NCBI GenBank assembly: GCA_031441465.1
Contig: JANOEP010000024.1
Location: 12,546 to 76,545, forward strand
Direction of reading: 5' to 3'
Length of the DNA: 64,000 bases
DNA from: a bacterium
GTDB taxonomy: Bacteria; Krumholzibacteriota; Krumholzibacteriia; LZORAL124-64-63
Shown: piece by piece, positions 29,125 through 39,435 of the stretch
Layout of the letters: each line of letters starts with the position of its first letter
Position numbering within the stretch: the stretch's first letter is position 1
Notes under the pieces: generated by a model
Told to the model about the DNA's origin: nothing
Seen by the model: only the letters and a program-made list of their open reading frames with translations
The model's database searches: none
Position numbers and translations under genes: made by a program

Positions 29125-30513
29125 TCATTGCCCGGGCAGGATCTTCAGGACATCCACCACGATCACGAAGGTCATGAACAGCAACAGCATGATCAGGCCC
29201 ACCTGCGTGGCGATGGCCTGGACGCGGTCGTTCACCCGTCGGCCCATCGCCATCTCGAGCAGGATGAAGACCACGTGGCCGCCGTCCAGGACGGGGATCG
29301 GCAGCAGGTTCAGCAGGAACAGGTTCACCGAGAAGAAGGCGATGAACTGCATCAGGTGGCTGAAGCTCCAGCGCAGCATCTCGCCGGCCACCTGCCCGAT
29401 GCGGATCGGGCCCCCGACCGCCTCCATGCCCAGCCGACCCAGGAAGAAGTTGCCCAGGACCCCGACCGTCGAGCTGATGGTGCCGACCGTCGCCGCGACA
29501 CCGATGCGCACGGCGTGGAAAAGCCCCACGGGGCGGGAGTCGTAGTGACGTTCGAAGAAGATGCGCCCGATGGTCGAATCGGGTTGCACCTCCTCGGCGG
29601 TCGGCACGACCGCGCGCTCGATGGTCTCGCCGTCGCGCTCCCAGCGCACGAACACCGGCACGCCGGCCTTCGCGTTGATCACCCGCGCGATGTCGTTGAA
29701 GGACGTCACCGGTTGTCCGTCCAGGGCGACCACCCGGTCGCCGCTGCGCAGGCCGGCGCGCCCGGCCGGCCCTCCCTTCTGCACCAGCCCGACGACGTTG
29801 TCGTAGGGTTCCATCCCGAGTTCCCAGCGGCCGGCGGCGTCGCGGCGCGGCTGCAGCGCGGCGGCGGCCCGCGCCCCGTCGCGCTCGTAGGCCACGGCGA
29901 CGGCGCCGCCCGACTTCTCGCCCGCGGACAGCAGCGCCGCGGTCACTTCGTCCCAGGTCGACACGCTCCGGCCGCCGACTTCGAGGATCCGGTCACCGAC
30001 CTGCAAGCCGGCGGCCGCCGCCGGCGAACCGTCGGCCACGCCGCCGACGGTGGTGACGGGGATCACCAGCAGGCCGCTGCCCAGCACGGTCAGCGTGTAG
30101 AGGAGCAGGGCCAGCAGCAGGTTCGCGGCCGGGCCCGCGGTCACCACGGCCAGCCGCTGCCAGGCGGGCCGGTTGCGGAAATGGCGGGACTCCGGGATGA
30201 GGTCGTCCCGCAGCGCCGCCGCGCGGTCGCCCTCGATCGTGCCGATGGGGTAGTGGTGGGCGTCGCGGGTCGCGGTGTCCTGGATCTCCTCGAGCACGCC
30301 CTCGCCGGCCATCTTGACGTAGCCGCCGAAGGGCGCCACCGAGATCGCGTACTCCGTTTCGCCGAAGCGGCGGCGCAGCAGCTTGGGGCCGAAACCGATC
30401 GAGAAGGTCTTGACGTAGATGCCGGTCCACTTGCAGACCGCGAAGTGGCCCAGCTCGTGGATGATGATGACGATGCCCAGCGTCAGGGCGAAGGCGATCA
30501 GGGTCGAGAACAC
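29125..30513 (-). CDS. rseP: RIP metalloprotease RseP
   Basis: HELGH, FSIGFG, GGYVKM, AGPAAN, two PDZ-like domains, NLLPIPVLDGG. Confidence 0.96.
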   Translation of the reverse strand: MFSTLIAFALTLGIVIIIHELGHFAVCKWTGIYVKTFSIGFGPKLLRRRFGETEYAISVAPFGGYVKMAGEGVLEEIQDTATRDAHHYPIGTIEGDRAAALRDDLIPESRHFRNRPAWQRLAVVTAGPAANLLLALLLYTLTVLGSGLLVIPVTTVGGVADGSPAAAAGLQVGDRILEVGGRSVSTWDEVTAALLSAGEKSGGAVAVAYERDGARAAAALQPRRDAAGRWELGMEPYDNVVGLVQKGGPAGRAGLRSGDRVVALDGQPVTSFNDIARVINAKAGVPVFVRWERDGETIERAVVPTAEEVQPDSTIGRIFFERHYDSRPVGLFHAVRIGVAATVGTISSTVGVLGNFFLGRLGMEAVGGPIRIGQVAGEMLRWSFSHLMQFIAFFSVNLFLLNLLPIPVLDGGHVVFILLEMAMGRRVNDRVQAIATQVGLIMLLLFMTFVIVVDVLKILPGQ

Positions 30514-30544
30514 GGGACCTCCCCGTCGGTCGGGACGGGCGGCG

Positions 30545-31819
30545 TCAGCGCCGCGTGCGGGATTCGATCAGGCGCTGCGCGGAACGCCGCGCCGCGGCGT
30601 CGGTTTCCAGGGCCTCGGCCAGGCAGCCCACCGGGCCGCCCGGCAGGTCGTCGAGCGTGGCTGCGATGACCGGGGCAATATCGGCGTACGCGAGGCGATC
30701 GTCCAGCAGCGCGGCCACGGCGATCTCGTTGGCCGCGTTCAGGACGATGGGCGCGCGGCCGCCGGCCTCCCCCGCCCGTCGGGCCAGCCCCAGACAGGGG
30801 AAGCGCTCCGCGTCGGGAGCCTCGAAGCGCAGTTCGCCCAGGCGCGCGAGGTCCAGGCGTTCGGTCGCCAGCGGCCAGTGACGCTCGCCGGCCAGGGCGT
30901 AGAGCAGCGGGACCCGCATGTCCGGCGCGCCGAGCTGGGCCACCACCGCGCCGTCGCGGAACACCGCGAGCGAATGGACGATCGAACCGGGATGGACCAC
31001 CACGTCGATGTCGCGGTAGGCCACGCCGAACAGCACGTGCGCCTCGATGACCTCCAGCCCCTTGTTCATCAGGGTCGCCGAGTCGACGGTGATCTTCGGT
31101 CCCATGTTCCAGGTGGGGTGGCGCAGGACCTCGTCCTTGCGGGCGACGGCCATCGCCGCGACCGTCCAGGTGCGGAACGGTCCGCCCGAAGCGGTCAGCA
31201 CGAGGCGCTCGAGTTCCTCGGCGTTGCGTCCGGACAGGCACTGCGCCAGCGCCGAGTGCTCGGAGTCGACCGGGACGACCTCGGCGCCCCCGCGCGCGAC
31301 GGCCTCGCGCACGAGTTCGCCGCCGATCACCAGGGATTCCTTGTTCGCCAGCGCGATGCGCCGGCCGGCGGCGGCCGCGGCCAGCGTCGGGGCGAGCCCC
31401 GCGGCGCCCACCAGTCCGTTGACGACGCAGTCGGCCCCGTCCAGCGCGGCCAGCGCCTCCAGACCCGCGGCTCCCGGCGGCAGGAGCCGGCGGCGGAGCA
31501 GGGGATCCCGCGCCGCCGCGCTCGCGGCCCGCGGGTCCGCGAACACGACCGCGGGCGCGTTCGCGGCGCCGGCCGCCTCGAGGCGGCGCACCAGCGCAGC
31601 CAGTTCGTCCACCCGCGACCGGGCCGAAACACCGACGACCTGCAGGCGGTCCGGATGACGCACGGCGAGGTCGACGGCCTGGACGCCGATCGAACCCGTC
31701 GCGCCCAGGATCACGACCCGCACCGGGAGTCGCGGCGCCGGCGAAAGCCGACCGATCCGGTACAACGGCGTGGTCGCGGACCCGGGGGACCCGGGCGGCG
31801 CCTTCCCGTCAGCGCGCAA
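30545..31819 (-). CDS. dxr: 1-deoxy-D-xylulose-5-phosphate reductoisomerase (start uncertain; alternative GTG at 31723)
   Basis: LGATGSIG, LANKESLV, PVDSEHSA, LTASGGPFR, HPTWNMGPKITVDSATLMNKGLE, PDM. Confidence 0.96.
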   Translation of the reverse strand: MRADGKAPPGSPGSATTPLYRIGRLSPAPRLPVRVVILGATGSIGVQAVDLAVRHPDRLQVVGVSARSRVDELAALVRRLEAAGAANAPAVVFADPRAASAAARDPLLRRRLLPPGAAGLEALAALDGADCVVNGLVGAAGLAPTLAAAAAGRRIALANKESLVIGGELVREAVARGGAEVVPVDSEHSALAQCLSGRNAEELERLVLTASGGPFRTWTVAAMAVARKDEVLRHPTWNMGPKITVDSATLMNKGLEVIEAHVLFGVAYRDIDVVVHPGSIVHSLAVFRDGAVVAQLGAPDMRVPLLYALAGERHWPLATERLDLARLGELRFEAPDAERFPCLGLARRAGEAGGRAPIVLNAANEIAVAALLDDRLAYADIAPVIAATLDDLPGGPVGCLAEALETDAAARRSAQRLIESRTRR

Positions 31820-32702
31820 CGGTCGCCGCTCCGGTCAGGATCAGGGCGTAGTACACCACCGGCGCGTTGAACAACAGGGAGTCGAAGCGGTCGAGGATAC
31901 CGCCGTGGCCGGGCAGCAGGGCCGCGGTGTCCTTGACCCCCGCGTCGCGCTTGAGCATCGACTCGACGAGGTCGCCGACCTGCCCGGTCACGCCGCAGAC
32001 GGCTCCGAGCAGCCCCCCCTGCCAGGGCGACAGGAAGGGCGCGAAGGTCCAGGCGGCGACGAGGCCGGCCCCCGTGGCGCCGAGGATCCCGCCGACGGCG
32101 CCCTCGACCGATTTGCGGGGGCTCACCCGCGGCAGCAAGGGTCGGCGGCCCACGGCGACACCGACCAGGAAAGCCAGCGTGTCGCAGGACCAGGTCAGCG
32201 CCACCAGCAGCGCGATCGCCCGCAGGCCCGAAAAGCCGTCCGCGTCGAAGCCGCCCGGCATCTCCCGCAGCAGGACGAGGAACCCCCCCAGCCAGCCGAC
32301 GTACAGGGCGCCGAAGAGGGTCACCGCGACGTGGTTCAGGGAGCGGTCCATGTTGCGGCGCATGAGTTCGACGGTCATCACCGCCATCAGCGCGGCCGTC
32401 AGGACGGGCACGGCCGCCGCGGGCCCGTGCGCGACCGCCCAGGCGCAGGCCAGCCCGGCCAGCGTCCCGATCACCTTGAACGGCCCGTAGCCCTTGGCGC
32501 TCATCAGCAGCAGGAACTCGCGCACGCCCAGCAGCACCAGCACGCCGATCAGCGCCCGGTAGACCAGCCCGCCCTGCACCGCGGCCAGGGCCAGCAGCGG
32601 CACGCCGAGCGCGGTGACCAACGAGCGGGGCAGCAGTCCCGCCCCCAGCAGACGTCGCCACAGCCCGCCGCGGGTGTCCCGGCTGGCGTCCGTGCGGCTC
32701 AC
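31809..32702 (-). CDS. cdsA: Phosphatidate cytidylyltransferase
   Basis: Multi-TM; SPRKSVEG, GDLVESMLKRDAGVKD, PGHGGILDRFDS; GTG start overlapping the uppS stop. Confidence 0.95.
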   Translation of the reverse strand: MSRTDASRDTRGGLWRRLLGAGLLPRSLVTALGVPLLALAAVQGGLVYRALIGVLVLLGVREFLLLMSAKGYGPFKVIGTLAGLACAWAVAHGPAAAVPVLTAALMAVMTVELMRRNMDRSLNHVAVTLFGALYVGWLGGFLVLLREMPGGFDADGFSGLRAIALLVALTWSCDTLAFLVGVAVGRRPLLPRVSPRKSVEGAVGGILGATGAGLVAAWTFAPFLSPWQGGLLGAVCGVTGQVGDLVESMLKRDAGVKDTAALLPGHGGILDRFDSLLFNAPVVYYALILTGAATVAR

Positions 32703-33538
32703 GACCGGACCTTGAAGAGTTTCCGCCAGCGGGAGGCGTCGAAGGGGCCGGCCGCGGCGCCGTCGCCGTCGTGCTCGCCGCCGACGTCGCCGAAGCGGCG
32801 TTCGCGGCTCTGGTAGTCGGCGATCGCCTCGAGCAGGTCGCGCTCGCCGAAATCGGGCCACAGCACGGGCGTGAAGTAGATCTCGGCGTAGGCGGCCTGC
32901 CAGATCAGGAAATTCGAGAGGCGCAGTTCGCCGCTGGTGCGGATGACCAGATCGGGGTCGGGGATGTCGGGCGCGTAGAGCCCGGCGCGGAACGCCGCCT
33001 CGTCGATGCGCGCGGGGTCCAGCTCGCCCGCGGCGGCCTGCGCGGCGAGCCGCGCGCAGGCGCGCAGGATCTCGGTGCGCCCGCCGTAGGCCAGCGCGAG
33101 GTTGAGCACCATGCCGCGGTTGCCGTCCAGCGAGTCGATCACGTCCTGCAGGGCCTCGCGGGCCCGCACCGGGATCAGGTCCAGCTCTCCGGTGGCCACC
33201 AGACGCACGCCCTGGCGCTGCAACTCGTCGCGCTCGCTGGTGAGGACCTCCTCGAGGAACGACCAGAGGGCGCGGACTTCGGCCTGGGGCCGTTTCCAGT
33301 TTTCCTGGGAGAAGGTGTAGAGGGTCAGGTGGCGCACGCCCAACCGGACGGCGGCTTCGACGGTGCGCCGTACGGAGTGGCGGCCGGCGCGGTGGCCGGC
33401 CACCCGGGGCTGGTGGCGCCGCTGGGCCCAGCGGCCGTTGCCGTCCATGATGACCGCGACGTGCGGCGGGACATTGCCGGCGGCCAGGACCCGCTCGCGC
33501 AGCTCCCGCAGCTCCGGATCATCCCGACGCTCGGCCAT
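32699..33538 (-). CDS. uppS: Undecaprenyl diphosphate synthase (isoprenyl transferase)
   Basis: HVAVIMDGNGRWA, FSQENWKRP, YGGR, PDLVIRTSGELRLSNFLIWQ, RERRFG. Confidence 0.97.
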   Translation of the reverse strand: MAERRDDPELRELRERVLAAGNVPPHVAVIMDGNGRWAQRRHQPRVAGHRAGRHSVRRTVEAAVRLGVRHLTLYTFSQENWKRPQAEVRALWSFLEEVLTSERDELQRQGVRLVATGELDLIPVRAREALQDVIDSLDGNRGMVLNLALAYGGRTEILRACARLAAQAAAGELDPARIDEAAFRAGLYAPDIPDPDLVIRTSGELRLSNFLIWQAAYAEIYFTPVLWPDFGERDLLEAIADYQSRERRFGDVGGEHDGDGAAAGPFDASRWRKLFKVRS

Positions 33539-33541
33539 GCC

Positions 33542-34090
33542 TCAGATCTCCATGATTTCTGCTTCTTTGGACCGGACGATCCGGTCGATCTCTTCGCAGA
33601 AGCGGTCGGTGAGCTTCTGGACGGCGTCGCGCCCCGCGCGCTGCTCGTCCTCGGTCAGCGTGTCGCTCTTCTTGATCCGGTCGTTGGTGTTCTGACGCGC
33701 CTTGCGCACCGCGACCTTGCCCTGCTCGCCGAAGTCGCGGACGGTCTTGGTGTACTGGCGGCGGCGGTCCTCGTTCAGTTCGGGGATCGGCACGCGCACC
33801 AGGACGCCGTCGTTCGAGGGGTTCAGCCCGAGATCGGAGGCCATGATCGCCCGCTCGATGTCCTTGAGCGTGCTGCGGTCGAAGGGGGCCACGGTCAGCA
33901 TCCGGGGCTCCGGCACGCCGATGCTCGCCAGCTGGCGCAGCGGCGTCGGCGCGCCGTAGTACTCGACGCGCACGGAGTCCAGCAACGCGGGGCTGGCCTT
34001 GCCGGTGCGGATCTTGGCCAGCCGGTGGGTCAGCGTCTCGATCTGCTCCTCCATGAGGAGTTCGGCTTCCTGGGTGAGTTCATCGCTCAT
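33542..34090 (-). CDS. frr: Ribosome recycling factor
   Basis: IRTGKASP, VEYYGAPTPL, LGLNPSNDG, KEAEIMEI. Confidence 0.96.
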   Translation of the reverse strand: MSDELTQEAELLMEEQIETLTHRLAKIRTGKASPALLDSVRVEYYGAPTPLRQLASIGVPEPRMLTVAPFDRSTLKDIERAIMASDLGLNPSNDGVLVRVPIPELNEDRRRQYTKTVRDFGEQGKVAVRKARQNTNDRIKKSDTLTEDEQRAGRDAVQKLTDRFCEEIDRIVRSKEAEIMEI

Positions 34091-34812
34091 AGCTTGCGCT
34101 CCTTGGCGACCAGGGTCCCCGCGTCCTCGCCGCGGATCACCCGCAGGAGGTTCTCCGGATCGCTGATGTCGAAGACCAGGATCGGCATGCCCTGCTCCGC
34201 GCAGAGCGTCACGGCGGTCAGGTCCATGACCTGCAGCCGGCGGTCGATCACCTCGTCGTAGGTGAGGAAGGGGAAGCGGACGGCGTCGGGATGGACGTGC
34301 GGGTCCTTGTCGTAGACCCCGTCGACCTGCGTGCCCTTCAACAACGCGTCCGCCTGGATCTCGGCGGCGCGCAGGGCGGCGGCGCTGTCGGTCGTGAAGA
34401 AGGGGTTGCCGGTGCCGCCGCCGAAAATCAGGACCCGGCCGGCCTTGAGCTGCGGCATCGCGCGGTCGCGCGTGAAGGTCTGCGACAGGGGCGGGACCTC
34501 GTGGGGGCTGAGCACCAGGGCGCTGGTGCCCTCGGCCCGCAGGTAGTCGCGCAGGACGGCGGCGTTCATCAGGGTCGCGAGCATGCCGACGTTGTCGGCG
34601 GTGACGCGGCCCAGGACGTCCAGGTTCGCGGTACGGGCGCGGAACAGGTTGCCCCCCCCGACCACGACGCCGATCTCCACGCCCTCGGCCACCGCGCGCG
34701 AGATGGCCTGGGCCAGTCCCGTGAGCCGCTCGTGGCCGAAGGGGCCGGCGGCGTCGGCGAAGCCTTCGCCGCTGAGCTTCAGCAGGATCCTCGAGAAGCG
34801 GGGGTGGGACAC
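34087..34812 (-). CDS. pyrH: UMP kinase
   Basis: LLKLSGE, GGGNLFR, GMLATLMN, GTGNPFFTTDSAAALRA, VDGVYDKDP. Confidence 0.97.
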   Translation of the reverse strand: MSHPRFSRILLKLSGEGFADAAGPFGHERLTGLAQAISRAVAEGVEIGVVVGGGNLFRARTANLDVLGRVTADNVGMLATLMNAAVLRDYLRAEGTSALVLSPHEVPPLSQTFTRDRAMPQLKAGRVLIFGGGTGNPFFTTDSAAALRAAEIQADALLKGTQVDGVYDKDPHVHPDAVRFPFLTYDEVIDRRLQVMDLTAVTLCAEQGMPILVFDISDPENLLRVIRGEDAGTLVAKERKL

Positions 34813-34855
34813 GCCTCATCCTTTCGCCGGCACGGCGTCGGTTCTCACGGGGACG

Positions 34856-34883
34856 AAAAAGGCCCGGGCCCACGGCCCGGGCC
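34856..34883 (-). terminator. Rho-independent terminator after tsf
   Basis: Minus strand GGCCCGGGCC-GTG-GGCCCGGGCC followed by TTTTT. Confidence 0.8.
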
Positions 34884-34906
34884 CGTCACCTCGGCCGGGG
34901 GGCGGC

Positions 34907-35500
<594 letters not shown>

Positions 35501-35625
35501 CGTTCCTCCCGTCGCGTCCGCGCGCGGACGCACCCGTTCTTGCTGGTTGGCTGCTGTGGCGGTCGTCGGTCCTGTCCGCGCCGCGGCCCGGCCTCCCCGC
35601 GCGGGGCGGCCGGGCCGTGGCGGGA

Positions 35626-36420
35626 TCATTCGCTGGCGGCCCCGGCGTCGTCCATCGACACGGCGGCCGGCGCCGCGCGCCCGGCGCGCTCGGCGCGGTC
35701 GGACTGGATCTCCACGCCGCTGTCGCGGCCCTCGTTGCGCGAGGAGCGGCCCTCGGCGATGGCGGCCGCCGCGACCGAGACGTAGAGCGAGATGGCGCGG
35801 ATGGCATCGTCGTTGCCGGGGATGGGGTAGCGGACCATCTCGGGGTCGCTGTTGGTGTCGACGATGCCGACCACCGGGATGCCCAGCTTGTTCGCCTCGC
35901 GCACGGCGGTCTCCTCCTCGACGGTGTCGATGACGAAGACGGCCGCGGGCAGGCCCTTCATGTGGCGGATGCCGCCGAGGTTCTTCTCGAGCTTCTCGTA
36001 GGTGCGCGCGATCTCGAGCTGCTCCTTCTTCGAGAACTGCTCGATCTTGCCGGTGGCGCGCAGCCCCTCGATCTCGTCGAGCTTGGCGACGCTCTTGCTG
36101 ATCGTCTGCCAGTTGGTGAGCATGCCGCCGAGCCAGCGCTCGGTGACGTAGGGCATGTTGCAGCGCGTGGCCAGTTCCTTCACGGCGACCTTGGCCTGCT
36201 TCTTCGTGCCGACGAACAGCACGGTGCCGCCCTTGGCGGAGACGCCGGTGAGGAAGTCCCGCGCCTTGTTCAGCGCGCGCAGCGTCTTCTGGAGGTCGAT
36301 GATGTAGATGCCGTTGCGGGCGATGAAGATGTAGGGGCGCATCTTGGGGTTCCACTTGCGGGTCTGGTGGCCGAAGTGGACGCCTGCTTCGAGCAGGTCC
36401 TTGAGACCGACGTTGGCCAT
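35626..36420 (-). CDS. rpsB: 30S ribosomal protein S2
   Basis: [52 protein letters not shown]. Confidence 0.99.
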   Translation of the reverse strand: MANVGLKDLLEAGVHFGHQTRKWNPKMRPYIFIARNGIYIIDLQKTLRALNKARDFLTGVSAKGGTVLFVGTKKQAKVAVKELATRCNMPYVTERWLGGMLTNWQTISKSVAKLDEIEGLRATGKIEQFSKKEQLEIARTYEKLEKNLGGIRHMKGLPAAVFVIDTVEEETAVREANKLGIPVVGIVDTNSDPEMVRYPIPGNDDAIRAISLYVSVAAAAIAEGRSSRNEGRDSGVEIQSDRAERAGRAAPAAVSMDDAGAASE

Positions 36421-36436
36421 GGAGATCCTCCGTTGT

Positions 36437-36522
36437 CCGGTTGATGCCTCCCCGACGATCGACGGACGGGACGAACGCCCTCAGGCGCCACCGGTCCCGT
36501 CCTCCCGTCGGGTGCGTGATGT
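36437..36522 (-). ncRNA. rpsB 5' leader, t44-like cis-regulatory RNA
   Basis: Minus strand CACGCACCCGACG...CCGGT-GGCGCC..GGCGTT...CGTCGGGGAGGCATCAACCGG resembles the t44 layout (CAC.., GGAGGC..AACC) directly before rpsB. Confidence 0.6.
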
Positions 36523-36557
36523 GGGGCGTTACGCGCCCCGCGGCAGCCGCTCGCCTT

Positions 36558-36947
36558 CTACCGCTTCGAGAACTGGAAGCGCTTGCGGGCTCCGGGCTGG
36601 CCGTACTTCTTGCGCTCCACCATGCGGGAGTCGCGCGTCAACAGACCGGCCTTGCGCATCGCGACGCGGTTCTCCTCGTTGGCCACGACCAGGGCGCGGG
36701 CGAGGCCGTGGCGCAGGGCGCCCGCCTGACCCGTGGGCCCGCCGCCGTTGACCGAGGCCCAGACGTCGTAGGTCTGGTTCTCGACGAGCGCCCGGAGCGG
36801 CTCGTTGATGGTCTGGATGCGCATGGCGTCGAAATAGGTTTCGGCGTCCTTGTTGTTGACCGTGATCTTGCCGGTACCGCCGGGGGTCACCCACACGCGG
36901 GCCACCGAGGTCTTGCGCCGACCGGTCGCGTAGTACTTCTCGTCCAA
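36558..36947 (-). CDS. rpsI: 30S ribosomal protein S9
   Basis: ATGRRKTSVARV, GGGPTGQAGALRHG, ERKKYGQPGARKRFQFSKR; TTG start after AAGGAG. Confidence 0.99.
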   Translation of the reverse strand: MDEKYYATGRRKTSVARVWVTPGGTGKITVNNKDAETYFDAMRIQTINEPLRALVENQTYDVWASVNGGGPTGQAGALRHGLARALVVANEENRVAMRKAGLLTRDSRMVERKKYGQPGARKRFQFSKR

Positions 36948-36993
36948 GCTGATCTCCTTTGCCCGCCCGGCGGGGCGGGATCGGTCCCGTGAA

Positions 36994-37443
36994 CTAGAGG
37001 CTCACCGCGTGGGCGCGGGGCAGCTGGGCCTGATGGGGGTGGTCGCTCCCCGGGTAAACCCGCAGGTGCTTCAGCTGATGCCGCGACAGCTTGTTCTTCG
37101 GCAGCATGCCGCGCACGGCGTTGGTCACGACGAACTCGGGGTGCTTCTCCGTCATCGTCTGCAGGGGCACCCGCTTCAAGCCGCCGCTGTACTGGCTGTA
37201 GTGGTCGTAGATCTTGTTCTGGCCCTTCAAGCCGGTCAGCTTGACCTGCGCCGCGTTGATCACGATCACGTTGTCGCCCATGTCGAGGTGGGCGGTGAAC
37301 GTCGGCTTGTGCTTACCGCGCAGCAGGCCGGCGATCTGGGTGGCGAGGCGACCGAGCGGGATGTCCGCGGCGTCGACCACGAGCCACTCCTTGTCGATCT
37401 CGGCCAGCTTCATGTTGTAGGTCTTCTGATCCTGGGTCTTCAA
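36994..37443 (-). CDS. rplM: 50S ribosomal protein L13
   Basis: WLVVDA..LGRLAT, RGKHKPTFT, GDNVIVINA, AVRGMLPKN, HPHQAQ; TTG start after GGAGG. Confidence 0.98.
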   Translation of the reverse strand: MKTQDQKTYNMKLAEIDKEWLVVDAADIPLGRLATQIAGLLRGKHKPTFTAHLDMGDNVIVINAAQVKLTGLKGQNKIYDHYSQYSGGLKRVPLQTMTEKHPEFVVTNAVRGMLPKNKLSRHQLKHLRVYPGSDHPHQAQLPRAHAVSL

Positions 37444-37677
37444 GTCCAGCCTCCACGCGCACCGCCGTCGGTGCGCCCATCGTCCGCCGCCGCCGGTCGC
37501 GCCGTTGCCGTGCGCGTCCCCGCGAACCCGCGGCGTAACAGACCGTTGCCCGGCAGCCGTTCGGTTGCCGAGCCGCCCTCTGCGGGGTCCGGTCCCGTGA
37601 ATGCACCCCGGTTCGGGGCGCGGACCGCGCAACCTGCGTCCGGGACGCAAGCTGCACAAGAACGGAGCAAGAGGGGA

Positions 37678-37706
37678 AATCTAGCAGAACGACCGGTGAC
37701 TGTCAA
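37678..37706 (-). promoter_or_regulatory. Sigma70-type promoter for rplM-rpsI
   Basis: TTGACA-17 nt-TAGATT with TGn extension; the -35 box overlaps the mtnA TGA stop. Confidence 0.8.
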
Positions 37707-38800
37707 GGATGGGAATCGGGCTCCCCGGAGCCGATCCCGGCCAACGACACGCCGAACGGGGGCCGGTGGACGCCTCGTTCGGTGACGATGGCCGTCACCA
37801 GGTGGCCCGGCGTCACGTCGAAGGCCGGGTTCCAGGCGCCCACGCCCGCCGGCGCCACGGCAACCCCTTGATACTCGGTGACTTCACGGGGGTCGCGCTC
37901 CTCGACGACGACGGCGTCCCCGTCCGGGGCGCCGGGGTCGAAGGTCGAGGTCGGCGCCGCCACGTAGAACGGCACCCCGTGGGTCCGGGCCAGCACGGCC
38001 AGGGGGTAGGTCCCGATCTTGTTGGCCACGTCGCCGTTGCAGGCGATGCGGTCGGCTCCGGTGATCACGGCATCGACGACGCCGGTGCGCAGCAGGCTGC
38101 CGGCCGCCCCCTCGCAGATCAGCGTCACCGGGATCCCGCGCACATGCAGTTCCCAGGCCGTGAGGCGGGCCCCCTGCAGCAGCGGCCGCGTCTCGTCGGC
38201 GTAGACCCGCACGCGCTTGCCGGCGTCGGCGGCGGCGTACACCACCCCCAGGGCCGTGCCGTAGCCGCCCGTCGCCAGCCCGCCGGCGTTGCAGTGGGTC
38301 AGCACGGTCGCGGGGTCGGGCAGCAGCGCGGCGCCGGCCTCACCGAGCGCCCGGCTCATCGCCACGTCCTGCTCCCGCAGCTCGGCGGCGGCGGCCGCCA
38401 GGGCCTCCCCCACCGCCGGCACGCCGGCGCCGGCTGCCACGAGCCGCGCCGCCAGCGCCGCTTGGCGGTCCAGCGCCCAGAACAGGTTGACGGCCGTGGG
38501 GCGGGTCGAAGCCAGCAGGGCTCGGTCGGCTGCCAGGCACGCCAGGGCGGCGCCCGGGTCGCGGCCGGCGCGCCGCGAGAGGTCCCAGGAGAGCGCCAGA
38601 CCCCAGGCCGCCGCCAAGCCGATCGCCGGCGCCCCGCGCACCGCGAGCGTGCGGATGGCGTCGGCGAGTGCGGGCACGTCCCGGCAGACGAGGGTGGCGA
38701 GTTCGCGCGGCAGGCGGCGCTGGTCGATCAGCGCCACGGCACCGTCGCGCCAGACGACGACGGGGAAGGGGAAGGGCAGGGCCGGCGGCGTCGGGATCAT
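37703..38800 (-). CDS. mtnA: S-methyl-5-thioribose-1-phosphate isomerase
   Basis: VRGAPAIG, RPTAVNLFWAL, LTHCNAGGLAT, ETRPLLQGARLT, GADRIACNGDVANKIGTY, NPAFDVTP. Confidence 0.96.
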   Translation of the reverse strand: MIPTPPALPFPFPVVVWRDGAVALIDQRRLPRELATLVCRDVPALADAIRTLAVRGAPAIGLAAAWGLALSWDLSRRAGRDPGAALACLAADRALLASTRPTAVNLFWALDRQAALAARLVAAGAGVPAVGEALAAAAAELREQDVAMSRALGEAGAALLPDPATVLTHCNAGGLATGGYGTALGVVYAAADAGKRVRVYADETRPLLQGARLTAWELHVRGIPVTLICEGAAGSLLRTGVVDAVITGADRIACNGDVANKIGTYPLAVLARTHGVPFYVAAPTSTFDPGAPDGDAVVVEERDPREVTEYQGVAVAPAGVGAWNPAFDVTPGHLVTAIVTERGVHRPPFGVSLAGIGSGEPDSHP

Positions 38801-39435
38801 GCCCGCTCCCGGTCGCGGCGCCGGTCCAGCGTCGCGCGCAGCGCGCCGCCGAGCAGCGCCAGCGGCAGGCCCATGACGTTGAAGTAGCAGCCCTCGACCC
38901 GGCGCACCATCAGCGCCCCGAAGCCCTGGATGCCGTAGGCGCCGGCCTTGTCGCGCGGCTCCCCTGTGGCGACGTAGCGGCGCAGGGCCGCGTCGTCGGG
39001 CTCGAGGAACTCGACCCCGGTGGATTCGTGGCCGCGCCAGGCGCGCTCGGCGCGATCGTAGACGACCAGGGCGGTGACCACGACGTGGCGGCGCCCGCGC
39101 AGGCGCTGCAGGAGGCGCAGGGCGTCTTCGTCGTCGACGGGCTTTTCCAGCACGTCGCCGTCCAGCACCACGACCGTGTCCGCGCCGAGCACCAGCCGCC
39201 GCGGCTGGCTCGCCGCCACGGCGCGCGCCTTCGCGTCCGCGAGCGTTTCGGCGTAGGCGGCCGGATCGTGCAGCAGCTTCGCTGCCGCCGTCGCGTGCGC
39301 GGCCTCGGCGCCGGGCGCGGGGTGCACGGAGAACGGCACGCCCGCGACGGCGAGCAGCTCGGCGCGGCGGGGCGAGGCCGAGGCGAGGATCAGCTCCTCG
39401 CCCGCCGGCCAGTCCAGGAAGGGGCTCGTCAGCAT
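38797..39435 (-). CDS. maf: Maf family nucleoside triphosphate pyrophosphatase
   Basis: LILASASPRRAELL, GADTVV..LEKP, DKAGAYGIQG, NVMGLP. Confidence 0.95.
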   Translation of the reverse strand: MLTSPFLDWPAGEELILASASPRRAELLAVAGVPFSVHPAPGAEAAHATAAAKLLHDPAAYAETLADAKARAVAASQPRRLVLGADTVVVLDGDVLEKPVDDEDALRLLQRLRGRRHVVVTALVVYDRAERAWRGHESTGVEFLEPDDAALRRYVATGEPRDKAGAYGIQGFGALMVRRVEGCYFNVMGLPLALLGGALRATLDRRRDRERA

